Assembly (NCBI GenBank): GCA_963785725.1
Contig: CAWAWS010000029.1
Location: 85,138 to 149,137 of the forward strand
Reading direction: 5' to 3'
Length of the DNA stretch: 64,000 nucleotides
Source of the DNA: an uncultured delta proteobacterium
GTDB lineage: Bacteria; Myxococcota_A; Polyangia; Palsa-1104
Shown here: positions 60,423 to 64,000 of the stretch, piece after piece
How the letters are laid out: each line of letters opens with the position of its first letter
Numbering within the stretch: position 1 is the first letter of the stretch
Program-made: the position numbers and the translations under genes
The notes under the pieces: generated by a model
Database searches by the model: none
The model's input: only the letters and a program-made list of their open reading frames with translations
Told to the model about the DNA's origin: nothing

Positions 60423-62605
60423 TGGCCGAGCCCGGCGGCGCGCATGATGCCGCGCAGATCGAGCAGCTCGGTGACGCGCTGCTGAATGATGGCCGCACCC
60501 GCGTGGTCGCTCGTCAGCGGCCCCTGCACGATGTCGAGCACGCGATCGACGACGAGCCCGACGCTGCGGCCGCTGTCGTCGGTGTGCACGACCACTTGCA
60601 AGCGCTCGCCTTTGCCGATGACGCCGTCGCCGAGCCGCACCAGCGGCAGAATCCGCCCGCGATATTGCACCGTCTCGCGCGCGCCCGACAGCTCCAGCGT
60701 CGCCGGATCGAGCTCCTCCAAGCGCGCCACTTGATCGAGCGGCATCGCCGCGCGGCGATCGCCGACGCGCAGCACCAGCAGCGTCTGCAGCGCCGCCGTC
60801 TCGGCCGGCGCCGGCGCCGGCTTGGCCGTCTCGACCGCCAGCTGCGACTGGCGCGCGATGGCGCGCACGTCGAGGATGATGACGACGCGCCCGTCTCCGA
60901 GGATGGTGGCGCCGGCGAACGGCCCGACGCTCATCATCTGGCGCTCCAGCGGCTTGACGACGATCTCCTCGGTGTCGACGATGTCATCGACGACGAGCCC
61001 GAAGTTGCGCTGCTCCGTCTGCACCACGACGATGTTCACCGCGTCACCGACGCAGCGCGTGTGCGTCAGCGTCTGATGCAGATAAATGAGCGGCAATAAA
61101 TGTCCGCGCAGCCGATAGACCGGGGCGCCGTGAATGTGCTCGATGCCGCGCGTGCTCGTTTGATCGACGCGCACCAGCTCCTGCACGCACGTCTGTGGAA
61201 TGGCATAGCGGTCGCCGCCCGACTTGATGATGAGCGCGGGGATGATCGCCAGCGTCAGCGGAATCTTCACGCGCAGCGACGTGCCCTGGCCGGTCGTCGA
61301 TTGCACTTCGACGGTGCCGCCGAGCTTTTGCACGTTGGTCTTGACGACGTCCATGCCGACGCCGCGACCGGAGATGCTGCTCAGCTTGGCCGCCGTCGAG
61401 AAGCCGGGCAGGAAGATGAGGTCGACGCGCTCGCGATCGCTCATGCGCTGCGCGTCGGCGAACGTCGTAAGGCCGCGCTCGACCGCTTTTTCGGCGACGC
61501 GCTCGGGATCGATGCCGGCGCCGTCGTCGACGATCTCGATGTTGACCTGTCCGCTCTCGTGAAACGCGCGCACGCGTAAGGTTCCCTGCGCCGCTTTGCC
61601 GGCGGCGACGCGCGTCTCCGGCGTCTCGATGCCGTGATCGACCGCGTTGCGGATGAGGTGCGTCAGCGGATCTTTGATGCCTTCGAGCACGGCGCGATCG
61701 AGGTCGGTGTCCTGCCCTTCGAGCTCGACCTGCACCTGCTTGCCGCAGGCCACCGCCAAGTCGCGCACGACGCGCGGCAGCTTGGCGAACAGATGGCCGA
61801 TCGGCTGCATGCGCGTGCGCATCACGCCTTCGCGCAGCTCCGACGTAATCAGGTTCAGCTGCTGACACGTGCTCGTGAAGGCGGCGTCGTTCAGCCGTCC
61901 CGCCAGCTGCATCATCTGATTGCGCGCCAGCACCAGCTCGCCTGCCAGGTTCATCAGCTTGTCGAGCACCGCGGTGTCGACGCGCACCGAGGCTTCGGCG
62001 TGCGGCAGCGGCTCCGGCGCCGTCGCGGCGACGACGGCGGCGCGCTTTTGCGCGGCCAGCGCCGAGCCGACCGCGGCCGGCGATACGCCCTTGTCCTCGA
62101 CGAGAATTTGCCCCAGCTTGCGCCGATCGCCGTGCTCTTGCGCGTCGAGCGCGGCGGCGACGTCGCTCGGCTGCGCCTCTTCGCGCCCGACCAGCACTTC
62201 GCCGAGCTTGCGCGGCGGCTGCTGTAGGATGAGCTGCGACAAGCGCGCCGTCAGCGCCGAATAATCGCCTTCACCTTCGTCGTGGCTCGACTCGATCGAC
62301 GCCAGCATCTCGCGCACGGCATCGACCAGCTGCAACAGCGCGCTCGCGATCTGATCGTCGATGCGCAGCTCGCCGTCGCGCATCTTCGACAAGAGGCTCT
62401 CGCCCGCGTGCGTCAGCTCGCCCAGCTTCTCGAAGCCGAAGAAGCCGCACGTCCCCTTAATGGTGTGAATGGTGCGAAAGATGCTCGCCAGCGTGTCCTG
62501 TGCGTCGGGATCGCGCTCCAATTCCACGAGCTCCCGATCGAGACGATCGAGGTTCTCGTGGCTCTCCACGAGAAACTCATGGAGCACGTCGTCGCTGGTA
62601 GCCAT
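60419..62605 (-). CDS. cheA: Chemotaxis histidine kinase with MshEN-like insert and two CheW-like domains
   Basis: FRTIHTIKG Hpt, [37 protein letters not shown]. Confidence 0.96.
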   Translation of the reverse strand: MATSDDVLHEFLVESHENLDRLDRELVELERDPDAQDTLASIFRTIHTIKGTCGFFGFEKLGELTHAGESLLSKMRDGELRIDDQIASALLQLVDAVREMLASIESSHDEGEGDYSALTARLSQLILQQPPRKLGEVLVGREEAQPSDVAAALDAQEHGDRRKLGQILVEDKGVSPAAVGSALAAQKRAAVVAATAPEPLPHAEASVRVDTAVLDKLMNLAGELVLARNQMMQLAGRLNDAAFTSTCQQLNLITSELREGVMRTRMQPIGHLFAKLPRVVRDLAVACGKQVQVELEGQDTDLDRAVLEGIKDPLTHLIRNAVDHGIETPETRVAAGKAAQGTLRVRAFHESGQVNIEIVDDGAGIDPERVAEKAVERGLTTFADAQRMSDRERVDLIFLPGFSTAAKLSSISGRGVGMDVVKTNVQKLGGTVEVQSTTGQGTSLRVKIPLTLAIIPALIIKSGGDRYAIPQTCVQELVRVDQTSTRGIEHIHGAPVYRLRGHLLPLIYLHQTLTHTRCVGDAVNIVVVQTEQRNFGLVVDDIVDTEEIVVKPLERQMMSVGPFAGATILGDGRVVIILDVRAIARQSQLAVETAKPAPAPAETAALQTLLVLRVGDRRAAMPLDQVARLEELDPATLELSGARETVQYRGRILPLVRLGDGVIGKGERLQVVVHTDDSGRSVGLVVDRVLDIVQGPLTSDHAGAAIIQQRVTELLDLRGIMRAAGLGQ

Positions 62606-62615
62606 CCGACTAGGC

Positions 62616-62642
62616 ACATCGGCCCCGCGGCGCAGCACTTGA
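62616..62642 (-). promoter_or_regulatory. Putative sigma28 (FliA-type) promoter of the che operon
   Basis: TCAA-N15-GCCGATGT, 10 nt before the cheA ATG. Confidence 0.65.
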
Positions 62643-62709
62643 GCAAGCGCCGGGTTTACTTACATGTCCCGCTTACACTTGCGTGTCCGCCCGTAATTTC
62701 CGCTGTGGC

Positions 62710-62736
62710 TTTAGTCTTCCGCATTACTGCCGATGA
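62710..62736 (+). promoter_or_regulatory. Putative sigma28 (FliA-type) promoter of the EAL/HDOD gene
   Basis: TTTA-N15-GCCGATGA, 8 nt before ATG 62745. Confidence 0.55.
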
Positions 62737-62744
62737 GACTCTCG

Positions 62745-63962
62745 ATGAACACGTACGTCGCCCGGCAACCCATTCTCGATAGCGAAAAAAACATCTTTGG
62801 CTACGAGCTGCTCTTCCGCGCCGGCGCTGCCAACATCTTCGGCACCGACGACTTCGAGCACGCCACGGCGTCGGTCATCGACGACTGCGTGTCGGTGTGG
62901 GGGCTCGGGCAGCTGGTGCCGACGGGGCGCGCGTTCGTAAACTTCGGCCGCCAGGCGCTCCTGCGCGAAGGCCACCGCGTCCTGCCGCGCGAGCGCGTCG
63001 TCATCGAGATCTTGGAGAGCGTCGAGATCGACGCCGAGGTCCTCGCCGCCTGCCGCCAGCTGCGCGACGACGGTTACACCTTGGCGCTCGACGACTTCGT
63101 GTACACGCCCGACAAAGCGCCGCTGCTCGAGCTGGCCGACATCGTCAAAGTGGACTTCCTGGCGATGACCGGCGCCGATCGCGCGCAGCTGGCCGAGCTG
63201 TTGCGCTCGCGCGCCGTGCGCATGCTGGCGGAAAAGATCGAGACGCAAGAGGAGCATGCCGCCGCGCGCGCCCTCGGTTTCACGCTGTTTCAGGGCTATT
63301 TTTTCTGCAAGCCGGAGATGCTGTCGCGGCAAGAGGCGTCGGTCTCGAAGCTGAATTACCTGCGCCTGACGAGCGAGGTCAATCAGCCCGACATCGACCT
63401 CGAGCGCCTCGAGCAGATCATCAAGCACGACGTGGCGCTGTCGTTGAAGCTCCTGCGCTACTTGAATTCGTCCGGTTTCGCATTGCGCGCCAAGGTGACG
63501 TCGATTCGGCATGCGTTGAGCCTGCTCGGCGAGCGGCCGTTCAAGCGCTGGGCGACGGTCATGGCGCTGCGCATGCTCGGCAGCGACAAGTCGCCGGAGC
63601 TGATCACGCAGGCGCTGTTGCGGGCGCGCTTCTGCGAGCTGTTGACGTCGGAGCTGCCGGCCGGCGGTCGCGAGGTCGAGCTGTTCTTGGTCGGCCTCTT
63701 GTCGACGGTGGACGCGCTGCTCGATCGGCCGATGCCGGACATCGTCGGCGAGCTGCCGTTGGCGCCCGAGCTGCGCGACGTCCTGCTCGGCGAGCCGACC
63801 CCGCGCGGCACGATCTTCCGGCTGGCGCTGGCCTGGGAGCGCGGCGATTGGGCCGAAGTGCAGCTGAACGCCAAGGCCGCCGGGATCGCCGAGCGCGACC
63901 TGAGCGTCGACTACAAGAAGGCGCTCGAGTGGGTCGAGCAGTTCACGCGGGCGGCCGGGTGA
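62745..63962 (+). CDS. EAL and HDOD domain protein (YuxH/PdeH-like putative c-di-GMP phosphodiesterase)
   Basis: VARQPIL, YELLFR, AFVNF, EILE, ALDDF, KVD, LAEKIET, FQGYFF; HDOD LSLKLLRYLNS. Confidence 0.9.
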   Translation: MNTYVARQPILDSEKNIFGYELLFRAGAANIFGTDDFEHATASVIDDCVSVWGLGQLVPTGRAFVNFGRQALLREGHRVLPRERVVIEILESVEIDAEVLAACRQLRDDGYTLALDDFVYTPDKAPLLELADIVKVDFLAMTGADRAQLAELLRSRAVRMLAEKIETQEEHAAARALGFTLFQGYFFCKPEMLSRQEASVSKLNYLRLTSEVNQPDIDLERLEQIIKHDVALSLKLLRYLNSSGFALRAKVTSIRHALSLLGERPFKRWATVMALRMLGSDKSPELITQALLRARFCELLTSELPAGGREVELFLVGLLSTVDALLDRPMPDIVGELPLAPELRDVLLGEPTPRGTIFRLALAWERGDWAEVQLNAKAAGIAERDLSVDYKKALEWVEQFTRAAG

Positions 63963-64000
63963 GCACGACCGCGCCGGCGGCAGTCGTCGACGCCTGGCTG

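Overview
GC-rich (roughly 70% by eye) bacterial window with about 55 CDS. A Myxococcota/Polyangia-like origin is inferred from an MglA-family GTPase, an FHA-sigma54 activator, a VWA lipoprotein and many Gly-rich lipoproteins. Housekeeping genes include cydAB, eno, hsp20, tkt, an RlmI-like methyltransferase, pepP, a DedA protein and an APC permease. There is a cobalamin riboswitch over a Ni/Co transporter, an accessory stretch at about 30-55 kb, and a complete cheA-W-mcp-Y-B-R cluster divergent from an EAL/HDOD gene. Several conserved genes carry single-base frameshifts that look like sequencing errors. The best leads are: (1) an operon of an acyl-CoA-dehydrogenase-fold flavoprotein lacking the catalytic Glu, a signal-less PhnD-like binding protein, and a TusA-like/di-iron ferritin-like fusion; (2) a divergent cholera/pertussis-toxin-like ADP-ribosyltransferase; (3) a CheA with an MshEN-like insert, with back-to-back sigma28-type promoters; (4) a membrane-anchored ECF sigma fused to extracellular repeats and a PDZ domain. 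No tRNA, rRNA, CRISPR array or transposase was seen. All family calls come from motif recognition by eye, not database searches.
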